DNA of 64,000 bases from Candidatus Hatepunaea meridiana (GTDB lineage: Bacteria; Electryoneota; AABM5-125-24; Hatepunaeales; Hatepunaeaceae): the NCBI GenBank assembly GCA_030765125.1, contig JAVCDD010000176.1, forward strand, positions 220 through 64,219, in the 5' to 3' direction. Of this stretch, positions 38,142 to 48,558 are shown piece after piece. Numbering within the stretch: the first letter of the stretch is position 1; every line of letters starts with the position of its first letter. The notes under the pieces are model-generated. The model ran no database searches and was not told the DNA's origin. It worked only from the letters and a program-made list of their open reading frames with translations. The position numbers and the translations under genes were made by a program.

Positions 38142-39254
38142 CTAAAGTATAATCCCACCACCAAGAACCTGATCCCCTCGATAAAACACCGCCGATTGCC
38201 CCGGTGTGACAGCTTTCACAGGTTCAATAGTTGAAACAAGGAGGCTGTCTATCACGGTGGATTGACAACCCTGGTTTCTATCAAGGATTTTGACTGTTGC
38301 AGGTACTCCAGGATCGCGATAGCGGATCTTGACCTGTAAATCATCCGGATTATCGAACAATTCTTTAGTTAGACATTTAACAGACCCAACCGTAAACTCA
38401 CTGCAATTCAGTTCACTTTCATCACCAACACACACTCGATGTGTTAACGGATCAATCGAAATAACATAAAGCTTCCTGCCCCCCCCCAGACCAAGTCCTT
38501 TTCTCTGTCCTATAGTAAAAAGATGGCTGCCCGAATGCACACCCAAAACCTTACCGGAAGTATCAACCATCTCACCTGCTAATAAACCCTCATCAACCTC
38601 AGGACGCCTATGCTGCAACCACCCTCTATAATCGTTATCCGGAATAAAACATACATCTTTACTCTCACTCTCTTCCGCTATCGGAAAACCAAGCTGGTGT
38701 GCAATAGCTCGTACTTCAACCTTTGTTTTACCACCTAATGGAAAGATCGTTCTGCGCAGCAGGTCATCAGGTATCTGCCACAAAAAATACGACTGGTCCT
38801 TATGAATATCAATCCCTTTCAATAGCTGCAATGAATTATCCTGATCAATTTCCAGTTTTGCATAGTGACCTGTGGCGATCTTTTCAAAACCATACTCTTG
38901 AGCTTTTTTCCATAGTAACCGGAACTTGATGCGAGCATTACAACGAACACAGGGGTTAGGCGTTCTACCAGCAAGATATTCTTCTTCAAAGTAATTTACT
39001 ACTTCCCGGTTGAATTCTTCACGCAAGTCGAGGGTATAGTGTGGGATGCCTATTATTTTACAGACGTGCTTAGCCTTAGTCACAGATTCATTATCTAATT
39101 CTTTTTCATTCACGTTCCAAAGTAAAAACGTAAACCCGAATACTTGATAACCTTCTTGAACCAGAATTGCAGCAGCAACTGACGAGTCTATACCGCCGCT
39201 CATTGCTATTGCTATGGAAGGTTTGTTGTTTGTTTTCACTACCGATATAATCAA
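38142..39254 (-). CDS. mnmA: tRNA-specific 2-thiouridylase
   Basis: IAIAMSGGIDSSVAAAIL PP-loop. CVRCN. Overall MnmA/TrmU-like, 370 aa. Confidence 0.9.
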   Translation of the reverse strand: MIISVVKTNNKPSIAIAMSGGIDSSVAAAILVQEGYQVFGFTFLLWNVNEKELDNESVTKAKHVCKIIGIPHYTLDLREEFNREVVNYFEEEYLAGRTPNPCVRCNARIKFRLLWKKAQEYGFEKIATGHYAKLEIDQDNSLQLLKGIDIHKDQSYFLWQIPDDLLRRTIFPLGGKTKVEVRAIAHQLGFPIAEESESKDVCFIPDNDYRGWLQHRRPEVDEGLLAGEMVDTSGKVLGVHSGSHLFTIGQRKGLGLGGGRKLYVISIDPLTHRVCVGDESELNCSEFTVGSVKCLTKELFDNPDDLQVKIRYRDPGVPATVKILDRNQGCQSTVIDSLLVSTIEPVKAVTPGQSAVFYRGDQVLGGGIIL

Positions 39255-39260
39255 GTTAAG

Positions 39261-39348
39261 GAAAATAAGGGGACAGTATACCTATTTTATAAATACTCTT
39301 TGAAATAAAAATAGTCCATAGAAAATAGGTATACTGTCCCCTTATTTT
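39261..39348. mobile_element. MITE-like element copy 3 (gaaaataaggggacagtatacctatttt ... aaaataggtatactgtccccttattttc), abutting iscS stop
   Basis: Centre nearly identical to copy 1. Confidence 0.55.
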
Positions 39349-40496
39349 CAACCTGCCATTGCCCGTAACCGTTTCACCGTGCTGATTATCACATCCGCAG
39401 CATATTCAATATCATCCTCTGTATTCTCCCGTCCGAGTGTAATGCGCATAGTGGAATGCGCTTCCTCAGGGGATAGTCCGATCCCAAGCAATATGGGAGA
39501 TGGATCCTTGCTGCCGGAAGAACAGGCTGATCCTGATGATACTGCGATACCTGCCAAATCCAAAGCCATCAGAAGAGCTTCACCTTCAATGTTACTGATG
39601 GTCAGATTCAGATTGCCGGGCAGCCGTCGTGTATGATGACCGTTCAGATAAATATCATCCAGTTCATCCGTTAAGCGCTGATAAAGAGCATCGCGCAGAC
39701 CGCTTAACCTAATCGCTTCGTCATTCATTTCAACGGTACATATCTCAGCCGCCTTGCCCAATCCGACAATACCTGGCAGATTCTCTGTACCGATGCGCAC
39801 TCCGTTTTCCTGATGACCACCATAGAAAAGAGGATGCACTTTTATTCCCTCGCGCAAGTACAGCGCGCCAACACCCTTTGGTCCATATATTTTGTGTGAT
39901 GAAACCGAAGCCATATCTATAGACATCGCTTGAACATCGAGAGGAACCTTACCATACGACTGGACAGCATCCGTATGATATGTTATACCGCGTTCCCGGC
40001 AGAGACTGCCTATACTGCCGATGTCGTTTATCGTCCCGACTTCGTTATTCACGTGCATCACGGATACGAGTATAGTGTCATCTGTAATTGAATCGGCAAC
40101 AGCTTCAGGATGAATCTCGCCATATTTATCCGCAGCTACAAGGGTTACATTAAAACCAAGATCTTCGAGCTCGGTGGCGCTGTTGCGAACTGCAGGATGT
40201 TCAATAGAGCCCACTATGATATGGTTACCGCTATCTCGATGCTGTAATGAGTAGCCTCTCAGGGCAATATTATCCGCTTCAGTGCCTCCGCTGGTGAAAT
40301 AGACTTCAGCCGGTGAGCAGTGTAGTATTGTAGCAACCTTTGCGCGAGCTTCTTCCAGAGCGTCTTTTGCTTCGGTACCGAAGGAATGTAAGCTGGATGG
40401 ATTACCGAACTTCTCCAGAAACATCTCCCGGATGACTTCGGCAACTCTTGGGTCAACTGGTGTGGTTGCGCTATGATCAAAGTAGATTCGTTTCAT
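39348..40496 (-). CDS. iscS: Cysteine desulfurase (class V aminotransferase, IscS/NifS type)
   Basis: SSHKIYGPKGVGALY (PLP-Lys). SSGSACSSGS active-site Cys loop. 382 aa. Adjacent to mnmA, which uses the sulfur relay. Confidence 0.85.
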   Translation of the reverse strand: MKRIYFDHSATTPVDPRVAEVIREMFLEKFGNPSSLHSFGTEAKDALEEARAKVATILHCSPAEVYFTSGGTEADNIALRGYSLQHRDSGNHIIVGSIEHPAVRNSATELEDLGFNVTLVAADKYGEIHPEAVADSITDDTILVSVMHVNNEVGTINDIGSIGSLCRERGITYHTDAVQSYGKVPLDVQAMSIDMASVSSHKIYGPKGVGALYLREGIKVHPLFYGGHQENGVRIGTENLPGIVGLGKAAEICTVEMNDEAIRLSGLRDALYQRLTDELDDIYLNGHHTRRLPGNLNLTISNIEGEALLMALDLAGIAVSSGSACSSGSKDPSPILLGIGLSPEEAHSTMRITLGRENTEDDIEYAADVIISTVKRLRAMAG

Positions 40497-40616
40497 TTAA
40501 TTTAGAGTTCACGCTTCAGCGTGTTTAGTTTAGAGTTTCCGTTTTAGTGTGTTTAGTTTAGAGTTCGCGCTTTAGCGTGGAAAACAACCTGAAGGTTGAA
40601 CTCTGAACTCTAAATA

Positions 40617-41219
40617 TTACGTCAGTTCGTTCAAAACGTTTGACAATCCTATCAGCGCTTGACCACGATGACTGACCCGGTTCTTGTCTTCCGAAGATGC
40701 TTCTGCGAAGGTCTTTCCTAGTTCATGTGACCAGAATACCGGATCGTATCCAAAACCGGAGCTGCCTTTTCTCGTTTCGATGATGATACCTTCCGAGACT
40801 CCTTCCCACCATTGTTCGATTCCAGCGCCAACCAGAGCCATCACGCAGCGAAAGCGTGCTGTGCGCTCATTCTCTTGAGCGCCGTCGATTTCACGTAGAA
40901 GTAAATCTACATTATCATCATAGGATGCGTTTTCACCAGCATATCTTGCCGAATGAACGCCTGGTCTGCCGTTTAAGTAATCAACCTCAAGACCTGAATC
41001 ATCTGCAAGAGTTATAATGCCAGTGTGTTGGTAACCCTCACGGGCTTTCTCCAACGCATTCTCAACGAGTGTTTCAGCATTCTCAGGAGGTTCAGGATAA
41101 GGGGGAAAGTCGTTTAAACTAACCACTTCCCAGTCTGAACCGTTCAGAATCTGACGAATTTCCCTGAGTTTATCTGTATTATTGGTTGCAGCTAAGATTT
41201 GCCTTGTTGAGCGCTTCAA
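40617..41219 (-). CDS. rdgB: Non-canonical purine NTP pyrophosphatase (RdgB/Ham1 family)
   Basis: ILAATNNTDKLREIRQIL N-terminus. SHRGQALIGL C-terminal motif. 200 aa. Confidence 0.85.
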   Translation of the reverse strand: MKRSTRQILAATNNTDKLREIRQILNGSDWEVVSLNDFPPYPEPPENAETLVENALEKAREGYQHTGIITLADDSGLEVDYLNGRPGVHSARYAGENASYDDNVDLLLREIDGAQENERTARFRCVMALVGAGIEQWWEGVSEGIIIETRKGSSGFGYDPVFWSHELGKTFAEASSEDKNRVSHRGQALIGLSNVLNELT

Positions 41220-41471
41220 TCCTAAAGCCCAAGCGCCTTTTTTTCGTCATCACCTCTCAGAACCTTAACGATCTTCTTATCATAACGAATCGTGCCTTTG
41301 GGTGTTGTCTTAGCTTCAATTACTTTAAAGGAATCATACTTGTCAATGTCTTCCTTGGATTTCAGCATCTTTTCAGCGAATGTTTTTGCTTTTGCCATTT
41401 TCTTTTATCCTGTGTTTTATTTGATAATTTTAGTGAACCTTAATTTTAACAATATAATCAACTTATTGCAA

Positions 41472-41504
41472 TAAAAAAACCGCCGAAAATCGGCGGTTTT
41501 AAAA
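41472..41504. terminator. Bidirectional rho-independent terminator (aaaaaaaccgccgaaaatcggcggtttt)
   Basis: Perfect GC-rich hairpin flanked by A and T runs, just downstream of the anti-sigma gene stop. Confidence 0.65.
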
Positions 41505-41532
41505 TGTCATTTCAAAAACATTCAGAATAGAG

Positions 41533-42048
41533 CTATTTCTCGGTTGACACTACCTGTGAATACTTATCAGGATTATAACTCTGTTCCGGCACTTCCAACG
41601 AATCATCTGCAGCATCGGTAGAGTCAGTTAGTTCAGATGCGAGTTGCTCCTGTTTAACGACCTCAATATTTGAGGGTGATGTATCCAATTCTGCGAAATC
41701 AGTTGATTCAGGCGTCAGGAGTATTATCAATCCTACGGCAAGTCCGGTTGCCAGTCCGGCTCCTAATGCAGCCCAGCGAGGGATTACACTTCTGTTGGAA
41801 TGAATCTTCCCGCTTCTCGCTCCCGAAAGCATCCGTATCTTTTTATCGAGTTGAAATCTGAAGTTTGGAGATGGTTCAACTCTGGGCAATGAAGCGGTAA
41901 TTACTCTCAGCCGGTAAGTAGATTGCGCAAATATCTGACAATGCTCGCATTCAGCAACGTGCCGTCGTAGTAAATCCTCCTGTTCAGGGGGTAATTTACC
42001 GGATTGATATGCTTCATAATTATCTTCAAAACGATCGCAAGTTATCAT
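41533..42048 (-). CDS. Anti-sigma factor with N-terminal zinc-finger (HxxxCxxC) and single TM segment
   Basis: MITCDRFEDNYEAYQSGKL...HVAECEHCQ. TM LGAGLATGLAVGLIILL. Sits immediately downstream of the ECF sigma gene. Confidence 0.55.
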   Translation of the reverse strand: MITCDRFEDNYEAYQSGKLPPEQEDLLRRHVAECEHCQIFAQSTYRLRVITASLPRVEPSPNFRFQLDKKIRMLSGARSGKIHSNRSVIPRWAALGAGLATGLAVGLIILLTPESTDFAELDTSPSNIEVVKQEQLASELTDSTDAADDSLEVPEQSYNPDKYSQVVSTEK

Positions 42049-42130
42049 TTTACTCCTTAAAAAAACTTTTGGAAAATATGTAAAGAAACACTGGCAATCC
42101 CGATGCTTCGGGATGCCACCCCAATACCTC

Positions 42131-42262
42131 ATGCGTTCTTGTCAGGTTTCAAGAGAAGTGTAACCTGACGAGTAGTGGATGCTAACCGTTGTAAAACTAA
42201 AAGGTTGCGTTTTGCTTGAAACCTGACAAGAACGCACATTACCACAGGCAGGGACGCCTGCG
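42131..42262. repeat. REP-F copy (gcgttcttgtcaggtttcaagagaagtgtaacctgac ... cttgaaacctgacaagaacgc) plus REP-G fragment (caggcagggacgcctgcg)
   Basis: Inverted repeats between the sigma and anti-sigma genes. Confidence 0.5.
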
Positions 42263-42317
42263 CCACCCAGCGAAATCCGGGCACTACGACACCCCGACAC
42301 CACGACACAACATTGTG

Positions 42318-42911
42318 TTACTGGTGTATATCTTTTAAACGAGCTTGCAGCCTTTGTCGAGCTCGGTTAATACGCGATTTTACCGTTCCTAATGGTATTT
42401 TTAGTATTAAACCGATTTCCTCATAAGAAAGTTCCTGAACATCGCGTAAAACTACTACTTCTCTAAAAACTAACGGAAGTTCTTGAATCTCCTCTTCAAC
42501 CCTGATTACAATATTACGCCGTTCATAATCTCGATTTGGATCCATTGTTTTATCGGGTAACTCGAATACCTTTTCATCCTCGCTGTCTCGACTGTATCCA
42601 CTGCCGCTGCTCAGCGACAAATAACGGCGAATCCGCTGCTTGCGTAGTTCCGATTTTGCCAGATTTCCGGCGACAGTATAGAGCCAGGTTGAGAAACGGG
42701 CAATCTCACGATATTTATCACGATGTGTCCAGAGCCGGATGAATGTCTCTTGTAGCAGATCTTCCGCAACTGTTCTGTTGCCAACTATACGATAGATAAA
42801 ATTGTGAAGCTGACCAGTAAAGCGATCAACTATTTCATCGAAAGCCTCATTGCGACCGGCTTGCAGTTCGCGGATTAGTTCCTCATCACTTTTTTTCCTG
42901 TTGTTTAACAC
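42318..42911 (-). CDS. RNA polymerase ECF-type sigma-70 family factor
   Basis: LLQETFIRLWTHRDKY (region 2) and C-terminal region-4 helix-turn-helix. 197 aa. Confidence 0.8.
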   Translation of the reverse strand: MLNNRKKSDEELIRELQAGRNEAFDEIVDRFTGQLHNFIYRIVGNRTVAEDLLQETFIRLWTHRDKYREIARFSTWLYTVAGNLAKSELRKQRIRRYLSLSSGSGYSRDSEDEKVFELPDKTMDPNRDYERRNIVIRVEEEIQELPLVFREVVVLRDVQELSYEEIGLILKIPLGTVKSRINRARQRLQARLKDIHQ

Positions 42912-42913
42912 GC

Positions 42914-43993
42914 TTATCTTCTGAAACCCCGACTGATTGAATGCGCTAGCTCAAGGACAAGTATAGTAACTTCCTGCCAATCCTGGCGCAGCCCCCTTTT
43001 TATATTCAGATCCGCCTCGTATAAACGTAATATACCATCTTCAAGAATCCGATGATTTATCTTCCTCGCATATTCAACATATTTCTTGAAAACATAAGGA
43101 TGCAAACCTACAGCATCTTTAGCTTGATTAAGTTTCCTTTTCCTGAAATACCAATTTAACTGCCACAATTTATGAAACATACGATACAAATCACCTATGA
43201 TTTGAGTGGGTTTCGTACTCCAGTATTGCAGGTTCTTCACAGCCTGTTGAGCGGCTTTTATATTACCTGAACCAATCGCATCGGTCAACGCCCAGCGCTC
43301 AAATTCAAATGATACTTCTCCGAGTTCCTCAACGTCCTTCAACCGTATAGTAGATACATCACCTACTAACAAAGTTAGACGTTCAAGTTCACCGGCAAGT
43401 TCCCGTAAGCTGGGCCAATTGATCGAGAGTAGTTTGTCGACAGCATCGTGTTCTAACCTTTTATCCCATTTGATGAGATATTCCCTCATCCAGTTTGTAA
43501 GCTGACCGGATTTCATCATATTACAATTTATCGGGTCAATTTTCTTTGATATCTCCTTGAAGAAACTCCTTCTTTTGTCAATTTTCCCTGTCCAGAGGAT
43601 CAGAGTGCTGTCAGTGGGAGAAGCTTTTATAAACATCAACACTGCTATCAGATTTTTATCTTTCAGATCTTGTGCTTGCCGTACAACGGTAACTCGATGG
43701 TCAGCAAAAATAGGAAGGGAGTTCAGCGTTTCCGATAGTCCTTTTGCGTCCTTACCGTAAAATACAACAAGGTTTAAGGATCGATCATCGGGTCTAAGCG
43801 CTTTATTAATTATTGCTTGAACACCGGTCTCCGCCAGGAAATCCTCCTCGCCGGTGAATAAGTAAACGGGACGTATTTTCCCTTTATCTATTTCGCGTTT
43901 AAATGCTGCGTAGTCCATCTGTTTTAATACTTCTCGCTTTAATATTACAAGATACTCAGGATTAAGAGGATAAGAATTATTAAATTGTGTCAT
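42914..43993 (-). CDS. holA: DNA polymerase III delta subunit
   Basis: 359 aa. N-terminus ...RPVYLFTGEEDFLAE is typical of HolA. Confidence 0.65.
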   Translation of the reverse strand: MTQFNNSYPLNPEYLVILKREVLKQMDYAAFKREIDKGKIRPVYLFTGEEDFLAETGVQAIINKALRPDDRSLNLVVFYGKDAKGLSETLNSLPIFADHRVTVVRQAQDLKDKNLIAVLMFIKASPTDSTLILWTGKIDKRRSFFKEISKKIDPINCNMMKSGQLTNWMREYLIKWDKRLEHDAVDKLLSINWPSLRELAGELERLTLLVGDVSTIRLKDVEELGEVSFEFERWALTDAIGSGNIKAAQQAVKNLQYWSTKPTQIIGDLYRMFHKLWQLNWYFRKRKLNQAKDAVGLHPYVFKKYVEYARKINHRILEDGILRLYEADLNIKRGLRQDWQEVTILVLELAHSISRGFRR

Positions 43994-43997
43994 CCTA

Positions 43998-44033
43998 CTC
44001 CGGAGTGCTCAAGCTTGATTGAGCACTCCGGAG
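43998..44033. repeat. Short REP-B hairpin (ctccggagtgctcaagcttgattgagcactccggag)
   Basis: Perfect 13 bp stem. Confidence 0.5.
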
Positions 44034-44077
44034 TAATCGCCATTTTATCCTGTCTATCCTGTTAATCTTGTTAAGTT

Positions 44078-44830
44078 TTAGTGTGTCTTTTCTCTATTAG
44101 CAGTGCGCCGGGTTTGAGTGACAAACCAGCTTCCTAATGCCACCTGCAGAGGATCTTTGTGAAGTCGTTCCGGATGCCATTGAACGCCGACTGTGCATCC
44201 GTCTTCAAAGCATTGAAAGGCTTCTACGATGCCATCAGTGGCTTTAGCCACAATTGTCAGACCTGTTCCGGATTCTTTAACCGATTGATGATGACTACTG
44301 TTGATCTTAATCTCTTCTTGATCGAAGATTTCACTCAGAAAGGATTCCACTATTATGTTTGCTTGATGAAAGGTTTCAGAGCCATCTTCAGCGCGTGTAT
44401 GCCTGAGCGGATCCTTGAAGGAGGTTGGAATATCCTGGTAGAGCGAACCTCCGCAAGCGACGTTAATTGCTTGACAGCCCCGGCAGATTCCCATTATCGG
44501 TATCTGTTTCTTGCGAGCTTCCTTTACGACCTGTATTTCAAAGTCATCCCGGTCGCGCTGGACTCCCATGGAATGAGTATTATCTTCATTATAAAGCGCC
44601 GGATCAACATCAACGCCGCCGGTAACGATTATTCCATCTACCCTCTCTATCAGGCTGTCGACTGCTTCCATATCTTTTATCACCGGCAGCATTATCGGTG
44701 TCCCACCGCCCAATTCCACGAAGCGGATGTAACTATGCTGGATAAGGTGTAGAGCGACTCCTTTGGAAAAGGTACGCTTTTCATCATCAGGAGGGCTAAT
44801 ATTGACGCTAATACCGATAATTGGTTTCAT
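44078..44830 (-). CDS. Class I glutamine amidotransferase-like hydrolase (peptidase C26 / gamma-glutamyl-GABA hydrolase family)
   Basis: GICRGCQ nucleophile elbow and HHQSV catalytic His region. 250 aa. Confidence 0.7.
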   Translation of the reverse strand: MKPIIGISVNISPPDDEKRTFSKGVALHLIQHSYIRFVELGGGTPIMLPVIKDMEAVDSLIERVDGIIVTGGVDVDPALYNEDNTHSMGVQRDRDDFEIQVVKEARKKQIPIMGICRGCQAINVACGGSLYQDIPTSFKDPLRHTRAEDGSETFHQANIIVESFLSEIFDQEEIKINSSHHQSVKESGTGLTIVAKATDGIVEAFQCFEDGCTVGVQWHPERLHKDPLQVALGSWFVTQTRRTANREKTH

Positions 44831-44891
44831 ATTTTCCTTTATTGAAATAGTTGATTTACTTTATAAAACCCGAAGGGGTTGAATAAATAGT

Positions 44892-45045
44892 AAAATATGG
44901 GGACAGTATACCTGTTTTTATATATACCATTGGTCTTTTAAAGATTCCTTATAAAAATAGGTATATGTCCCCATATTTCGTTGAGGGTTTGCAATCTGAT
45001 TCGGTGGGTTTCACCCACCGCTATTCACATCCTTCCCTTCGGGAA
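44892..45045. mobile_element. Composite element in reverse orientation: MITE-like copy 4 (44892-44978) + linker + REP-C (44998-45045)
   Basis: Its reverse complement aligns to 37921-38073, including the linker attgcaaacc(c/a)tcaacgaaatatgggg. Confidence 0.55.
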
Positions 45046-45117
45046 TGCTTTCGGGTTTAAACTCTGTGTTCTATGCGCCCTCTGCGGTTGAAAAAATCGC
45101 AGGCAATGACGTCTACT

Positions 45118-46644
45118 CTACTGAAATTTCACAACCTTTGCTTTCGACCAATCGTGAAGATCATCTGAAACCCCCGATATGATCGTCAGGTCAGCGCTTT
45201 GCCCCGGCGCAATCGAACCCCGTTTGTCGCTTAGACCGGTGGCATAAGCCCAACCGTAAGTCGCAGCCCTAATAGCGAGATAAGGGGGCAGACTTTCAAT
45301 TAGTTCAAAGTCATCACTTGGTTCGCCATTAAAGCCGCAGCGGTTAATAGCAGCGTGTATATTCAGAAGTGGATCAGGTGAAGCCACAGGCCAATCGCTG
45401 CCGAGTGCTAAAGGTACACCTGCTTCAAACAATGATCGCCAGATGGAAGTCCGTTTGCAGCGTTCTGCGCCGATTCTGGGCGGCAGCCATCGCTGGTCAT
45501 CTATCAAGTGAACAGGTTGAACAGATGCAACGGCGCCGCTTTCAACGATCATTCGCACACCATCCTCAGGCAATACCTGGGCGTGCTCGATACGATGCGG
45601 TCCGGTAGGAACGCGAGGCAATCGCTTGAATAGTTTACACGCCTGTGCGACAGCCCGGTCGCCAATGGAATGAATGGCAAGCCTCCAACCTGCTTCTACA
45701 GCGGGAAGAGCTATATCGTAAAGTTCCTCATCGGTATAGAAAAGCACTCCGGAATGATCCGGATCATCAAGATAAGGTTCATTTAATGCTGCTGTACGTG
45801 ACCCTAAAGAACCATCAAGGAACAGCTTTAATGTGTTAAGTCTGAAACGTTTACCATCATGAGGAGGAGGTGTTCCGATTTCCCAATTTTCAATCCTTAA
45901 CCAGGCATCTATATCAATCTTCAATTTGTTTTCATCGTCAAGAGAACGGTAGATGTGTTCATTCACCTTATCAAGCACTTCGCTGACAGCGGTTAGTCCA
46001 AGCGAAAGGAGGTAATCCTGTGCCTTTAGAATCGCGTATTTGATTTCATCTGTAGTAGGTGGAGGTAATATCGAATGGATCTTCTCAGCAGCTCCCTCAC
46101 GAAGAATCCCATTAGGAAAACCATTAACATCTCGAACGATTATCCAACCGGGTGGATCGGAAAGTTCCCGTGTAATTCCTGCTAAAGAAAGCAAGGTTGA
46201 ACTACAGCAGCAACTATGCAGGTCTTTAGCAAACACAACGACGTTTCTACCTGGAAAAATACTATCAAGAAAGTCAGCATCCAAATCGCAGCGCCATGGT
46301 TCCCAGTTAAAAGCTTTTATCCAGTGTGAGTGCGATCCGTCGAGGGTTTTCGCGTGATTTAATAAGACTTGATGTACTGACTTTCGGTCAAGTCCTTCGA
46401 GGTTTAGAATCTGAAGTGATTGCCCACCGACCATTAGATGAATATGAGCATCGCATAAACCCGGCAATACAAGCGCTCCGTTCAATTGGATTAAGTCAAC
46501 GCTGTTGTTGATTGAGTTTAATGCAGCAGCGCTCCCAATCGAAGCTATCTTTCCATCTTTGATCAGAAGTGAATCGTACCAGGACGGGACATCCCATCCC
46601 AATCCAGCGAATATTCTTCCACCTGTCAGTAAGATGTTTTGCAT
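45118..46644 (-). CDS. Metal-dependent amidohydrolase family protein
   Basis: LPGLCDAHIHLMVGG (HxH metal site) with later His/Asp residues. 508 aa. Confidence 0.65.
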   Translation of the reverse strand: MQNILLTGGRIFAGLGWDVPSWYDSLLIKDGKIASIGSAAALNSINNSVDLIQLNGALVLPGLCDAHIHLMVGGQSLQILNLEGLDRKSVHQVLLNHAKTLDGSHSHWIKAFNWEPWRCDLDADFLDSIFPGRNVVVFAKDLHSCCCSSTLLSLAGITRELSDPPGWIIVRDVNGFPNGILREGAAEKIHSILPPPTTDEIKYAILKAQDYLLSLGLTAVSEVLDKVNEHIYRSLDDENKLKIDIDAWLRIENWEIGTPPPHDGKRFRLNTLKLFLDGSLGSRTAALNEPYLDDPDHSGVLFYTDEELYDIALPAVEAGWRLAIHSIGDRAVAQACKLFKRLPRVPTGPHRIEHAQVLPEDGVRMIVESGAVASVQPVHLIDDQRWLPPRIGAERCKRTSIWRSLFEAGVPLALGSDWPVASPDPLLNIHAAINRCGFNGEPSDDFELIESLPPYLAIRAATYGWAYATGLSDKRGSIAPGQSADLTIISGVSDDLHDWSKAKVVKFQ

Positions 46645-46724
46645 ATTTTAATGGTTTGGGAGTTATAAGTATGGTCAGATACGAACATAATACAGATACA
46701 TCATTAATACAATAATTAACAATC

Positions 46725-48290
46725 TCAACGAGCAAATTCCACTGACCGGAATTCACGAATAACCGTAACCTTAATCTGACCAGGGTATTCTAGTTCTTCC
46801 TGAACCCGGCTGGCAATGTCAAGGGAAAGTTGTTCGGCTTGTGCATCCGAGACCTTGTTATGCTCAACCATAACTCGAATCTCGCGACCGGCTTGAAGTG
46901 CGAAGGTCTTGCTGACACCTGTAAATCCGTTTGCAAGTTCCTCTAACTTCTCAAGACGCTTGACATATCCTTCAAGGCTGTCACGCCGGGCTCCCGGTCT
47001 AGATCCGGAGATGGCATCAGCAGCTTGAACCAGACAGGAAATGAGAGAAGTGGCTTCAACGTCTTCGTGGTGAGAAGCAATAGCATTCTGAACGACCTTT
47101 GATTCACGGTAGCGACGCGCAAGCTCCATCCCTAATTCAGTGTGTGTGCCTTCTGTATTGCGGTCAATAGCTTTACCGATATCATGCAATAGTCCCGCCC
47201 TGGCTGCAAGTTTTGAATCAAGATTCAACTCAACAGCCATCAGAGCAGTAAGCCTGGAGACTTCAATGGAGTGTTTGAGGACGTTCTGACCGTAACTGGT
47301 GCGATAGCGCAGCCTGCCAAGATTGCGGATCAGTTCGGGATGCAATCCGTCAACACCTTCGTCCATTGCCGTTTCTTCGCCTATCTCTATGATTCGCTCT
47401 TCCAGATCCTTTTCTGACTTCTTTACAATCTCTTCAATACGGGCGGGATGTATACGACCATCCGAAATCAGTTGTTCAAGCGCCAGACGTGCAACTTCAC
47501 GACGGAATGGATCAAAACTGGAAAGTGTTACTGCCTCAGGAGTATCATCAATAACGATCTCAACGCCGGAAGCGGCTTCAAAGGCTCTGATGTTGCGTCC
47601 TTCACGACCGATTATGCGTCCTTTTATCTCATCATTGGGAATGTTCACGACGGTAACTGTGGTTTCTGTGGAATGATCAGCAGCGGAACGCTGGATTGCC
47701 TGAACAATTAATTCCTTAGCTTCACGATTAGCCTGAATTCGAGCCCGATCTCGAATCTCCTTTATTAACTCAACTGAATCCAACTTGGCACGTTCAATCA
47801 GCATATCGCGCAGTCTTCGAAGCCCCTCTTCCCTGCTCATCTTAGCAATTTCTTCAAGCTTGTCTACTGCTTCTTCCTGCTTTGCTTGAAGTTGTGTCTT
47901 TTCTGCCTCAAACTTTTGAGTGCGGCTTTGCATTTGAAGCTCAAGTTGCTTCAGTTCTTTTGCTTTGCGATCCTGATCGGTTATTTTCTGATTTAAGGAA
48001 TATTCTTTATCCCGAACTGTTCGTTCAAGCTTGCTTAATTCAGCGCGTTTCTTCTCGAAATCACCTTCAAGTTTTGTTTTTAACTTGAGATGTTCTTCAC
48101 GCACATCATAGAGTTTTTCCTTCTTCAGATCATCAGTGGCTTTATTCGCTGCTTCGAGTATTGCTTTCGCTTGTTCTTCAGCAGTAGCTTTACGCAACCG
48201 GTCAATTCTATCCTTAATGAACCATCCGATCAGAATTAACACTACACCGATTAAAGCGATACCCAGATATAATAAGATATTAAATAGCAT
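46725..48290 (-). CDS. rny: Ribonuclease Y
   Basis: N-terminal TM, long coiled coil, KH domain ([15 protein letters not shown]) and HD domain (LLHDIGKA). 521 aa. Confidence 0.9.
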   Translation of the reverse strand: MLFNILLYLGIALIGVVLILIGWFIKDRIDRLRKATAEEQAKAILEAANKATDDLKKEKLYDVREEHLKLKTKLEGDFEKKRAELSKLERTVRDKEYSLNQKITDQDRKAKELKQLELQMQSRTQKFEAEKTQLQAKQEEAVDKLEEIAKMSREEGLRRLRDMLIERAKLDSVELIKEIRDRARIQANREAKELIVQAIQRSAADHSTETTVTVVNIPNDEIKGRIIGREGRNIRAFEAASGVEIVIDDTPEAVTLSSFDPFRREVARLALEQLISDGRIHPARIEEIVKKSEKDLEERIIEIGEETAMDEGVDGLHPELIRNLGRLRYRTSYGQNVLKHSIEVSRLTALMAVELNLDSKLAARAGLLHDIGKAIDRNTEGTHTELGMELARRYRESKVVQNAIASHHEDVEATSLISCLVQAADAISGSRPGARRDSLEGYVKRLEKLEELANGFTGVSKTFALQAGREIRVMVEHNKVSDAQAEQLSLDIASRVQEELEYPGQIKVTVIREFRSVEFAR

Positions 48291-48301
48291 AATGATTATT
48301 C

Positions 48302-48518
48302 AAAAAAAAGAGACCCGCCAAGACTGTTCCATTATTAGAACCGATAATTTAATAATTGGGTACTGCCCATAACGTGTTTTGCTTCCACCGTCTGCAGGAA
48401 TTTGCAGACTCAACTTGTTATAAAAAGTTGAGTGAGGCCCGCAATTAGCGCTATGCGACGAGCTCCCTCGGTTCTACCTGTTGGTTCTTTTTTTGGAACA
48501 GGCACAAGGGCGGGTCAA
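48302..48518 (-). ncRNA. ssrS: Candidate 6S RNA (ssrS)-like structured RNA downstream of zapA
   Basis: Long-range closing stem: 5' arm gacccgcccttgtgcctgttcc pairs with 3' arm ggaacagtcttggcgggtc, followed by U8. Internal hairpin ctcaactt-tttataaca-agttgag. Length ~215 nt. zapA-ssrS synteny is conserved in many bacteria. Confidence 0.4.
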
Positions 48519-48558
48519 TGCTGTTTCTAACTGTTAAATACTATCTGTTAAATAGTGC

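Noticed and set aside
41233-41398. 55 aa minus-strand ORF MAKAKTFAEKMLKSKEDIDKYDSFKVIEAKTTPKGTIRYDKKIVKVLRGDDEKKALGL downstream of rdgB
   Set aside because: Plausible small protein (good start context, basic), but no recognisable family and below the ORF-track size cut-off. Not called with confidence.
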